Shown piece after piece: positions 6,907 to 15,489 of a stretch of 58,363 bases of DNA (position 1 is its first letter; each line of letters begins with the position of its first letter). Source of the DNA: Pseudomonadota bacterium (GTDB taxonomy: Bacteria > Pseudomonadota > Gammaproteobacteria > Burkholderiales > Burkholderiaceae_C); assembly GCA_046050625.1 (NCBI GenBank), contig JBJOPV010000001.1:1-58363 (forward strand), read 5' to 3'. Made by a program: the position numbers and the translations under genes. Under the pieces are notes generated by a model. It worked only from the letters and a program-made list of their open reading frames with translations, was not told where the DNA came from and did not search any database.

Positions 6907-9900
6907 GAGGGCAGGTCTCCGGGGGTGGGCCCCAGGGCCCGGTCAAGCGCCTCGAGCATCGCGGTGGGCGGGCGCAGCAGCACGCAGCCGCGCTCCGGGC
7001 CCTGGATGCCGCGCAGGAACAGGCAGATCGCGCCGCCCAGGTGGGCTTGCGGATCGTAGCCCGCGCCCAGGCGGCTGCGCAGCAGGCGGTGCAGCGCCAG
7101 CAGATAGAGCAGCGACTGCAGCTCGTAGCGGTGCGTCAGCACGGCGTGCTCGAGTGTGGCGCGGTCGTAGTCGGCATCGCGCGTGCCCAGGCGGTTGGAC
7201 TTGTAGTCGATGAGCCACCACCGCCCCTCGTGCTCGAAGACCAGGTCGATGAAGCCCATCATCATGCCGTCGAGCTGGCGCGCCACCAGCGCCGGCCGGG
7301 CCTGCCCCGGCAGCAGCGCCTGGCGGCTGAGCCGGTCGAACGCGGCGCTGTCGAGCTGCGGGCAGGGCATCCAGAACTCCATCTCCGGCTGCAGCGTGAC
7401 GATCTCGGCCAGCGGCGTGCCGCCCAGCGGCGGCAGCGGCGTGTCGAGCACCTGCGCCATCCAGTCGAGCACCGCGTCGGCGCGCTCGTCGGGGTGGCCG
7501 GCGCGCTCGCAGCGGCGCCGCGCCATCCGGCGCACCGCCTCCTCGCCCTGGCGCGCGAAGCCTTCCTGCGCCAGCAGCTGCAGCAGTTCGTGCAGGAAGT
7601 TGCCCGCCAGCGCCCCGGACTCGAATCCATGCCAGGCCGGCTCGGCAACGGCATCGCGGGCGGGTCGCGCCGCAGGGCCCTCGAGCGCGTCGGCCGGCTG
7701 CACCGCCCATTCCTCGCGCACCTGCTCCTGCCGGCGCGCATCGGCCAGCAGCGCCGCCATTGCGGCGCGCTCCTCGCCCGGCGCCGCCGCCTTCATGTCG
7801 CGCACCAGGGCGGTGAAGCTGCTGACGGCCCACCGGTCATCGATCTGCCCCGTGTAGTCCGGCAGATCGGCCAGCGACCGGACCGGCGCGCGCCGCTGCA
7901 GGCGCGCCCGCGGCCCCTCGGTCGCCATGCGGCTCACCTGGATCGAGCCGGGCTCGACCGCCTGGCCCTGCGCGGGCGCGGGCTCCTCGGCCCAGCGCGA
8001 CAGCGCCTCGAAGACCTGATCGGGCGTGAGCGGCTGCCCCTCGCCGAGCAGATGGCCCAGCGCGCTCTGGTGCAGCAGGTGCCCGTCCTGCGAGCGCGGC
8101 TTGTGCGCCAGCCCGACGCCCAGCCACAGCAGATGGCGTGGGCGGGTCAACGCGACATAGAACAAGCGCAGGTCCTCGCGCAGGCGCTCGCGGTCGGCCT
8201 CGGCCAGCGCGTCCTCGTCCAGCTCGAAGTCGAGCCGGCGCAGGCCGGCCTCGTCGATGCGCTCGACGAAGACGCTCTCGCCCTTCTTCACCGGCCGCGC
8301 CGATGCGGCGAAGGGCATCACCACCACCGGATATTCCAGGCCCTTGGACTTGTGCACCGTGACGACCTGGACCAGCTCGGCGTCGCTCTCCAGGCGCACC
8401 ACCCGCTCGTCGCTGCTGCCGTGGTCCGCGGCGATCTGCTCGGCCAGCCAGCGGATCTGCGCCTGCTCGCCGTCGAGCCGGCTGCTGGCCGACTGCAGCA
8501 GCTCGCCCAGGTGCAACAGGTTGGTCAGCCGACGCTCGCCGTCGGCCACCGCCTGCCCGGCCAGCCAGCGCGCGGGCAGGTCCAGCCGGTGCAGCGTCTG
8601 GCGCACCAGCGTCAGCACGCCGTGGCGCTGCCAGACGTGGCGCAGATCGCGCAGCATCTCCAGCCGCACGTCCCAGGCCGCGTCGTCGTGCACCAGTCTC
8701 GCCAGCTCGTCGAGCGACAGGCCCGCCGTCGCGGTGGCGAAGGCCGCCCGCGCCAGCCGCGTGTCCAGCGGCGAGGCCACCGCCTGCAGCCAGCGCAGCA
8801 GGTCGCAGGCCTCGGCGGTGTCGAAGACCGAATCCTGATCGGACAGATAGACCGAGGCCACGCCGGCCCGCCGCAGCGCCCGGCGCACCGCCTCGGCCTC
8901 GCGGCGGTGGCGCACCAGCACCGCGATGTCGCCCGGCGCCAGACGGCGCCACGACGGCTGGGCGCCCTCGGTGCGAAAGCCGACCTGCGGATCATCGAGC
9001 CAGTCCACGATGCGCGTGGCCGCGCGCTGCGCCAGCGCCTCGCGCAAGGCCTCGGCCGGCAGCGGCGTGGGCAGCAGCTCGACCTGCAGCGCCGGCAGCC
9101 GGCCCGCCGGCCCGTCGAGCCGCTCGGTGCGCCCATGCGCGCTCACCGGCTCGAAGGGCAGCGCGTGCGAGCCCGCGCCCTCGCCGGCGGCGGACGCCGC
9201 GCGGCCCAGCGCGAACGCCCCGCTCGCGCGCTGCCGCTCGGCCTGCGAGAAGACCGCGTTGACCGCCCCCACCATCGCGTGGGTCGAGCGGCGGTTGGTG
9301 CCCAGCGTGTGGTGGCGCCCGACAGTGGCGCGGCGCACCGCCAGGTAGCTGTAGATGTCGGCGCCGCGGAAGCGGTAGATCGACTGCTTGGGGTCGCCGA
9401 TCATCAGCAGCGCGGTGGCCGGATCATCTTCGGCCACCCGGTAGAGGCGGTCGAACAGGCGGTACTGCAGCGGCGAGGTGTCCTGGAACTCGTCGATCAG
9501 CGCCACCGGATACTGCGCCAGGATGCCCTCGCGCAGCCGCGCGCCCGCCGGCCCGGCCAGCGCCTGCTCCAGCCGGCGCTGCAGGTCGGCGAAACCGAAC
9601 TGCGCCGCGGCGCGCTTGAGCTGCTCGATGCGCTGCGCGACGCGCCGCGTGGCGTGGCGCAGCAGCCGCGGCGCCAGCGGCTCCAGCGCGTCGATCTCGC
9701 CCATCAGCGCCTCGAACTCGGCGAACTCGGCCGGGATGGCGCCGCAGTCGTGGTTCTTCTTCAGCGCATCGAGCAGGCCCTCGGGCCGGAGCCGCTTGCG
9801 CCCGGAGTCCGGATCGAGCACCAGCCGCTCGGCCAGCGGATCCTCGGCCCAGGCGACGATCTGGGCGTGCCATTTCTCCAGCGACTTCGGATTGACCTTG

Positions 9901-10703
9901 ACGGCGTTGAACGGCGGCTTCGGTCCGTTCTGCTGGCGAAAGATCCAGGCGAACATCGCATCGGCCCGCTCCGCCCAACCCTGCTTGAGCTGCGCCAGCG
10001 CATCGCGGCGCGCCTCCACCCAGCCGGGCAGCCAGTCGGGCAGCGCCTGCGCACCGTCCTGGGCGCCGAGCAGCTCCTCGTGCATCAGCAGCGGCCCGAT
10101 CTGGCGGCCCATCACCTCGGCCTCGGGCCAGACGCGGTGCAGCCGCTCCAGCGCCGCCATCGGCAGCGGATAGACCTCGCGGCGCCAGACGTCGAGCACC
10201 GCCTGCGCCTGCAGCTCGCGCTCGTCGGCGACCAGCTCCTCGGAGAACAGGCTGCCGCTGTCGAAGGCGTGCTCGCGCAGCATGCGCTGGCACCAGGCGT
10301 CGATGGTGTGCACCGCGGCCTCGTCCATCACCTCGGCGGCCAGCGCCAGGCGGTGCGCCGCCTGCGAGCGGGCCGCGTCGTCGGCGTATTTTTCCGCCAG
10401 CTTGCGCAGGAAGGCGTCACCGGAGGCCGCCAGCGCCGCGGGGTCGCGGAATAACCGCGCCGCCTCAATCAGCCGCTCGCGGATGCGCGCCGACAGCTCG
10501 CGGGTGGCCGCCCGGGTGAAGGTCATCACCAGGATCTGCGCCGGCGACAGCGCACACGGCGCGCGGCTGTCATCGTCGCCGTGGCCCAGCACCAGGCGCA
10601 GGTAGAGCGCCGCGATCGTCCAGGTCTTGCCGGTGCCGGCGCTGGCCTCGATCAGGTGCGAGCCACGCAGCGGCAGGGTCAGCGCATCGAGTGTGCGAGT
10701 CAT
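6903..10703 (-). CDS. recB: Exodeoxyribonuclease V beta subunit
   Basis: IEASAGTGKT, TFTRAAT, IDEFQDT, IGDPKQSIYRFRGAD, TVHKSKGLEY, YVALTRP, and C-terminal nuclease motif GFIDLVF..IDYKSN. ATGA overlap with recD. Confidence 0.97.
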   Translation of the reverse strand: MTRTLDALTLPLRGSHLIEASAGTGKTWTIAALYLRLVLGHGDDDSRAPCALSPAQILVMTFTRAATRELSARIRERLIEAARLFRDPAALAASGDAFLRKLAEKYADDAARSQAAHRLALAAEVMDEAAVHTIDAWCQRMLREHAFDSGSLFSEELVADERELQAQAVLDVWRREVYPLPMAALERLHRVWPEAEVMGRQIGPLLMHEELLGAQDGAQALPDWLPGWVEARRDALAQLKQGWAERADAMFAWIFRQQNGPKPPFNAVKVNPKSLEKWHAQIVAWAEDPLAERLVLDPDSGRKRLRPEGLLDALKKNHDCGAIPAEFAEFEALMGEIDALEPLAPRLLRHATRRVAQRIEQLKRAAAQFGFADLQRRLEQALAGPAGARLREGILAQYPVALIDEFQDTSPLQYRLFDRLYRVAEDDPATALLMIGDPKQSIYRFRGADIYSYLAVRRATVGRHHTLGTNRRSTHAMVGAVNAVFSQAERQRASGAFALGRAASAAGEGAGSHALPFEPVSAHGRTERLDGPAGRLPALQVELLPTPLPAEALREALAQRAATRIVDWLDDPQVGFRTEGAQPSWRRLAPGDIAVLVRHRREAEAVRRALRRAGVASVYLSDQDSVFDTAEACDLLRWLQAVASPLDTRLARAAFATATAGLSLDELARLVHDDAAWDVRLEMLRDLRHVWQRHGVLTLVRQTLHRLDLPARWLAGQAVADGERRLTNLLHLGELLQSASSRLDGEQAQIRWLAEQIAADHGSSDERVVRLESDAELVQVVTVHKSKGLEYPVVVMPFAASARPVKKGESVFVERIDEAGLRRLDFELDEDALAEADRERLREDLRLFYVALTRPRHLLWLGVGLAHKPRSQDGHLLHQSALGHLLGEGQPLTPDQVFEALSRWAEEPAPAQGQAVEPGSIQVSRMATEGPRARLQRRAPVRSLADLPDYTGQIDDRWAVSSFTALVRDMKAAAPGEERAAMAALLADARRQEQVREEWAVQPADALEGPAARPARDAVAEPAWHGFESGALAGNFLHELLQLLAQEGFARQGEEAVRRMARRRCERAGHPDERADAVLDWMAQVLDTPLPPLGGTPLAEIVTLQPEMEFWMPCPQLDSAAFDRLSRQALLPGQARPALVARQLDGMMMGFIDLVFEHEGRWWLIDYKSNRLGTRDADYDRATLEHAVLTHRYELQSLLYLLALHRLLRSRLGAGYDPQAHLGGAICLFLRGIQGPERGCVLLRPPTAMLEALDRALGPTPGDLPS

Positions 10704-13700
10704 GCGGCCTCCTCGGCATCGTCCTCGTCATCGCCCGCCTGCGCGTCGCCCAGCGGCTCGACCGTCACGCCGCCGTCGCGCACCCAGGCCTGCCACGGTC
10801 CGTAGAGCGCCTCGGTCCAGGCCTCGAAGCCGGGGGTGTCGCGCAGCGTCTCCCAGTCGGGAAAGAGCCGTGCCAGGGCGGGCTCGCGCCCCTCGCCCGG
10901 CCAGGCGCCGGGGATCTGCCGGCCCTCGAAGGCCGTGCGGGCGGCGGACTCGGCGCGCTGCGGATCGTCGGGGGCCTCGTCGCGGCCCTTCAGCCACGCC
11001 AGCGCGGTGCGCTGCGCCACCGGCAGCGGCACGCTCAGGTGCTGCCGCCAGCCCGAGAGCAGCGCATCGACCGCGAGACGGGCCTCGGCCGGCGCCGGCG
11101 GCACCAGCCGCAGCACCGCATCGCGGCCGATGAGGCGCCCCTCCACCGCATGACCGCAGGCCGCGGCCAGCGCCATGCGCAGCCACGCGCGCAGCAGCTT
11201 GCCCGGCTGCGGCGCCAGCTCGCCCTTGCGCTCGCCGGAGGGGATCGGCCGGCACAGCGTGCGCGCCTCGATCGACAGCCACAGCGCCGGCGCCGTCCCC
11301 GCGTCGGCCGGATCGCGGCGCAGGCCATCGAGCCAGTCGTCGATGCGCAGATCCGGGTGCGGCACGGCCAGCTGCAGCGGCCGCAGCGGCTCGCACCAGC
11401 GATGGCGCGAGCGCTGCCACTCGCGCCAGACCGGCGCGCTCTGGCGCACGAAGCGCAGGCGCCACAGCTCGCCCAGGCCGCGCAGCGGCAGCTCGCCGCG
11501 GCGCACCAGCCGCTCGGTGCGGCGCAGCAGCTCGGCGTGGCAGGCCGCCAGCGTCATCGGCGCGGCGGACCGCTCCTCGCCGTGCTCCAGCAGTTCGCGC
11601 AGCAGCAGCGTCTCGTCCAGCGCCCCGACGGCCAGCGGCTCGTCATCCAGGATCTGCGGCTCGATGGGCGGGAACTCGACATCGAGCCGCTCGCGGAAAT
11701 GGTGCTGCACCGGGTTGCGCAGAAAGCGCTCCAGCCGCGCCAGGGTGATCGGCTCGGCGGCGCCCGGCGCTGCGGGTGCCGCCGCCGCGCTGGAGGGTGC
11801 CGGCAGGGCCGATCCGGCCAGCGCGTCGGCATGGGCCTGGCGCCATTCGCGCGCCCAGGTGTGCAGCGCCGCCCCGGCGGCCTGATCCTCGGGCGTCTCG
11901 AAGTAGCGCCGGCTGAAGGGCTGCAGCGGGTGCTCGGTCGTCAGCCGCGCCGACAGGCCCGCGCCCCAGCCGGCGTCGAGGTGATCGCGCAGCTGCGCCA
12001 CCAGCACCGAGGGCGGCTGCTCGCTGTTGTCGCGCACGCTGCGCCCAGCGCTGCTGATCGACAGGACGCGGCGCGCCGCCAGCAGCGCCTCGAGCATCAG
12101 CATGCGGTCGTCGTCGCGGCGGGCACGGTCGCCGGGGCGCTGCGTGCCGGGCAGCGCCAGCAGGTCGAAGTCGCTGCGGGGCGCGCGGCGCGGGTAGTCG
12201 CCGTCGTTCATGCCCAGCAGGCAGACGATCTCGAACGGAATCGCCCGCATCGGCATCAGGGTGCAGAACACGACGCCGCCGCCCAGGAAGCGGCTGTTGA
12301 GGCTGGGCTCGTCGACACCGGCCAGCCAGCCCTCGCGCAGCACCTCCAGCGGCACCGGCGGCGCAAAGCCGGCGTCCTCGCAGTCGTCGAGCCAGCGCCC
12401 GAGCGCCTCGTTGAGCGAGGCCCGCAGCAGCCGGTCGGTCTCGTCGGCCTCGACGAAGAAGGCCTCCAGCAGGCCGGCGGCGCGCTGGCGCCAGACCGGC
12501 GGCGTGGCCGGCGTCTCGGCCTGGCGCCACCACTGGCGCAGCGCGTCGATCAGCGTGGCCAGGGCGCCGGCGATCTCCGCGTCCAGGCCGCCCACCTCGT
12601 CGTAGGGGTCGATGCCCTGCCAGGGCGTGTCGGTGTCGCGCGCCTCGTCCCAGCGGCCGTGCGCGTAGCCCAGCAGCATGCGCCGCAGCCCGAACAGGCC
12701 GCTGTTGACCTCGCCACAGGCCTGCAGCTTCAGGCCGCCGCGCTGCTCGGCGTCCAGCCCCCAGCGCACGCCCGCGCCCTCGAGCCAGCGCGCGGCGATG
12801 GCCCGGTCCTCGTCGCGCGCCAGGCCGAAGCGCACCGCCACCGCCGGCACGTCGATCAGGTCGCGCAGCTCGCTGACGGTGCAGCGCTGGCGGGTGATCT
12901 TCAGCAGCCATTCCAGCGCCACCAGCATCGGCTGGCGCCCGCGCAGCTTCAGGTCGGCGATCTCGTAGGGAATGCGGCGTGCGTCCCCCGGTTGATGCTG
13001 ACCGAAGACGGCATGGATCAGCGGCGCCCAGGGCTCGATGTCGGGCACCATCACGACGATGTCGCGCGGGGCCAGCGGCGCGCCGGGGCGGCCGTCCGGG
13101 CCAGCGGGCGGCGCGGCCAGCAGGTCCAGCAGCCGGTCATGCAGGATCTCGATCTCGCGCATCGCGCTGTGCGCGATCGTGAAGCAGACCGAGCGGTCGT
13201 CCGGGGCCAGCGGCGGCGCGGCGGCCTCGCGCTCGACGATCTCGGGCAGCGGCAGACCGTCGCGGATCGCGCGCTGCACCCGCACCAGCAGCGGCGCGCC
13301 GTGCACCGGATCGTCGTGCGCATAACTCGAGTCGTCGAACAGGTCGATGCGCGGGAGCTCGATCTGAAACCGCGCCAGCACGGCCGGCGCATCGTCGAAC
13401 TGGTCGAGCAGGCGGATGAAGTCGCGGCCCTGCCGGCCCCAGGCGGCCAGCAGCGGATGGGCGTGCGCATGCATGCGGTCAAGCGGGATCTCGGCCAGGT
13501 CCGGCCCACCACGCGGCTGCTGACGGCGGCGCGCCGCCCGCAGCAGCTCGCGCCCGTCGATGATGTCGGCCCAGTGGAAGCGGCAGGGATTGGGCACCGC
13601 CAGCAGCACCTGCGCGCGCTGCGACAGCGCCACCAGCGCCTCCAGCGTCTGCCACGGCAGATGGCTGTGCCCGAACAGCACCACCCGGCGTGGCAGCGGC

Positions 13701-14416
13701 TGGCGCGGCGCGTCGCCCGCCTCGACCGCCGCGACGAAGCGCCGGTGCACGTCGCTGCGCACCGCGCGCCGGCCCGCCTCGTCGAGCGACGCCAGCAGGC
13801 CGTGCCACAGCCGCGCCTGCCAGCGCTGCGCCTCGGGCAGCACCATCTCGCGGCCGTCGCCCAGGCGCAGCACCTCGCGCCCGCGGCCCCAGTCGTCGAG
13901 CCAGTCGGCGCGGTAGATCTGGTATTGGTCGTACAGGTCGGCCAGGCGCTCGGCGAGCTGCAGCCGGCGCACCGGGTCGTCCAGCGCATCGCCGCGCGCG
14001 GCACCCGCCTCCAGGAACTGGCGCAGCGGCTCGAAGCCGGGGCGCTCGATCCAGCCCGGCAAGGCCTGCATCAGGCGCCAGGTCATCGGCGCCTTGTCGA
14101 AGGGCGAGCGCGCCGGCGCGCCCTCGCGCCCCAGCATCGCGCGGTAGATCCGCCACAGGAAACGCGCCGGCAGCTCGACCCGCGCCGCCGCGCTGACGCC
14201 GGCATGGCGCGCCAGCGACATCTTCATCCACTCGGCGATGCCGTTGCTCTGCACCAGCAGCACCTCGGACTCCAGCGGGTCGAGCGGGTGGCGCTGCAGC
14301 CAGGTGAACACCGCCTCCTGCAGCAGCTCGAGCCGGTTGCCGTGCAGCACCAGCAGGCCAGGCCTCAGCGCGTGGCGGTGGACGGGCGTTCCAGGCATTC
14401 CTTCAGACATTGACAT
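10700..14416 (-). CDS. recC: Exodeoxyribonuclease V gamma subunit
   Basis: HGNRLELL, LVQSNGIAEW, HPLLAAWGRQGRD, REIEILHD, DIVVMVPDI, CTLMPMRAIPF, HPLQPFS. Start set at ATG 14416 (or 14410) rather than the ORF-track start. Confidence 0.95.
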   Translation of the reverse strand: MSMSEGMPGTPVHRHALRPGLLVLHGNRLELLQEAVFTWLQRHPLDPLESEVLLVQSNGIAEWMKMSLARHAGVSAAARVELPARFLWRIYRAMLGREGAPARSPFDKAPMTWRLMQALPGWIERPGFEPLRQFLEAGAARGDALDDPVRRLQLAERLADLYDQYQIYRADWLDDWGRGREVLRLGDGREMVLPEAQRWQARLWHGLLASLDEAGRRAVRSDVHRRFVAAVEAGDAPRQPLPRRVVLFGHSHLPWQTLEALVALSQRAQVLLAVPNPCRFHWADIIDGRELLRAARRRQQPRGGPDLAEIPLDRMHAHAHPLLAAWGRQGRDFIRLLDQFDDAPAVLARFQIELPRIDLFDDSSYAHDDPVHGAPLLVRVQRAIRDGLPLPEIVEREAAAPPLAPDDRSVCFTIAHSAMREIEILHDRLLDLLAAPPAGPDGRPGAPLAPRDIVVMVPDIEPWAPLIHAVFGQHQPGDARRIPYEIADLKLRGRQPMLVALEWLLKITRQRCTVSELRDLIDVPAVAVRFGLARDEDRAIAARWLEGAGVRWGLDAEQRGGLKLQACGEVNSGLFGLRRMLLGYAHGRWDEARDTDTPWQGIDPYDEVGGLDAEIAGALATLIDALRQWWRQAETPATPPVWRQRAAGLLEAFFVEADETDRLLRASLNEALGRWLDDCEDAGFAPPVPLEVLREGWLAGVDEPSLNSRFLGGGVVFCTLMPMRAIPFEIVCLLGMNDGDYPRRAPRSDFDLLALPGTQRPGDRARRDDDRMLMLEALLAARRVLSISSAGRSVRDNSEQPPSVLVAQLRDHLDAGWGAGLSARLTTEHPLQPFSRRYFETPEDQAAGAALHTWAREWRQAHADALAGSALPAPSSAAAAPAAPGAAEPITLARLERFLRNPVQHHFRERLDVEFPPIEPQILDDEPLAVGALDETLLLRELLEHGEERSAAPMTLAACHAELLRRTERLVRRGELPLRGLGELWRLRFVRQSAPVWREWQRSRHRWCEPLRPLQLAVPHPDLRIDDWLDGLRRDPADAGTAPALWLSIEARTLCRPIPSGERKGELAPQPGKLLRAWLRMALAAACGHAVEGRLIGRDAVLRLVPPAPAEARLAVDALLSGWRQHLSVPLPVAQRTALAWLKGRDEAPDDPQRAESAARTAFEGRQIPGAWPGEGREPALARLFPDWETLRDTPGFEAWTEALYGPWQAWVRDGGVTVEPLGDAQAGDDEDDAEEAA

Positions 14417-14448
14417 GGGGCGCAGTATCGCTGCTGCGCAGCACGGAT

Positions 14449-15186
14449 TCAGGCCGCGCGCAGCCGCGGCGCCGCATCGAGCGCAGCCTCGACGACGCGC
14501 ATCGGCACATCGTGGGCACGCGCCTCGAGCCGTTGCACCGCGCGCACCTGCGGCAACGGGAAGCGGCACAGCGCTTCGCGCTCATGGCACCAGGCGTCGA
14601 GCAGCCAGAGGCCACCGTCGTGCACCAGGCGCAGCGGCGAGACGATGCGCTCGCGCTCGCCGCCGCCGTCGCCGTCGCCCGGCTCGATCGTCAGGCGCAG
14701 GCGGCGGCGCTCGAGCACCGCGCCGGCCAGGCGCTCGAAGCTGCGTCCGCGCACCGGCTTGCGCACCGGAGGCACCACACGCAGCCGGCGCACCAGCTCG
14801 CGCGCTTCGCTCTCGCTGGTACCGAGCATGCCGTTCAACCGCTCGAGCACCGGCTGCAGATGCCGACCCAGGCTGCTCGCACCGCCCAGGCCGTCAAGCA
14901 GCTGGTGCATGGTGAGCAGTGCGTGGATCTCGCGCTCGCTGAACCACACCCCGGGCGTCGCGGGATCGGCGCCGCGACGCGACGCCCGGGCCGCACCGGC
15001 GAAACGGTAGCCGTTGCGCTCGCGGTCGTAGACGATGGCGGCATCCATGCGGGTGCGCAGGTGATCGAGATCACGCTTGAGCGTGGCCCGCGAGACACCC
15101 AGCTCGGTCATCAGGTCGGCAAAGCTGACACAGCCGCGGCTGCGGATCAGCAGCTCGATCCGACAGAAGCGTTCCGTGCGTTCCAT
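14449..15186 (-). CDS. HTH-WYL domain transcriptional regulator (short, apparently without the WCX domain)
   Basis: N-terminal wHTH (ELGVSRATLKRDLDHLR..IVYDRERNGY) and WYL domain (RIVSPLRLVH..LWLLDAWCH.REALCRF). 245 aa from ATG 15186. Confidence 0.85.
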   Translation of the reverse strand: MERTERFCRIELLIRSRGCVSFADLMTELGVSRATLKRDLDHLRTRMDAAIVYDRERNGYRFAGAARASRRGADPATPGVWFSEREIHALLTMHQLLDGLGGASSLGRHLQPVLERLNGMLGTSESEARELVRRLRVVPPVRKPVRGRSFERLAGAVLERRRLRLTIEPGDGDGGGERERIVSPLRLVHDGGLWLLDAWCHEREALCRFPLPQVRAVQRLEARAHDVPMRVVEAALDAAPRLRAA

Positions 15187-15239
15187 GTGGACTTCCCCTT
15201 GTTGGTCCGGCTCGTGCGCGTCGCCGGACACACCCGCCG

Positions 15240-15256
15240 GGCTCAGCTCATGAGCC
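15240..15256. promoter_or_regulatory. Candidate operator, inverted repeat GGCTCA-N5-TGAGCC
   Basis: Perfect 6-bp inverted repeat about 54 nt upstream of the WYL gene start, next to an AT-rich patch at about 15260-15310. Confidence 0.5.
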
Positions 15257-15489
15257 TGATGTTAGCTGGCGTTTATGCAATTCAAGCAATCAATTGATCC
15301 CGCATTCAAGGGATGGCAGACACCACCGGGAACATTGGCGCCAAGTCTTTACGCCACGTGACAAGGGGGGGCGGATCCCCGTGCAGGACACGACAAATGG
15401 CTACACACCCGTCAGGCGCTTCATGGCCTGGCAACAAGGCCGACAAGCAGGCAGACCTAAACTCGTCCGATCCTCCGATCGCCCCACCG

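Noticed and set aside
4909-14413. Long + strand ORFs opposite recD, recB and recC (716, 1137 and 1240 aa) and similar shadows elsewhere
   Set aside because: Typical high-GC antisense open frames that overlap well-supported genes and carry no motifs.
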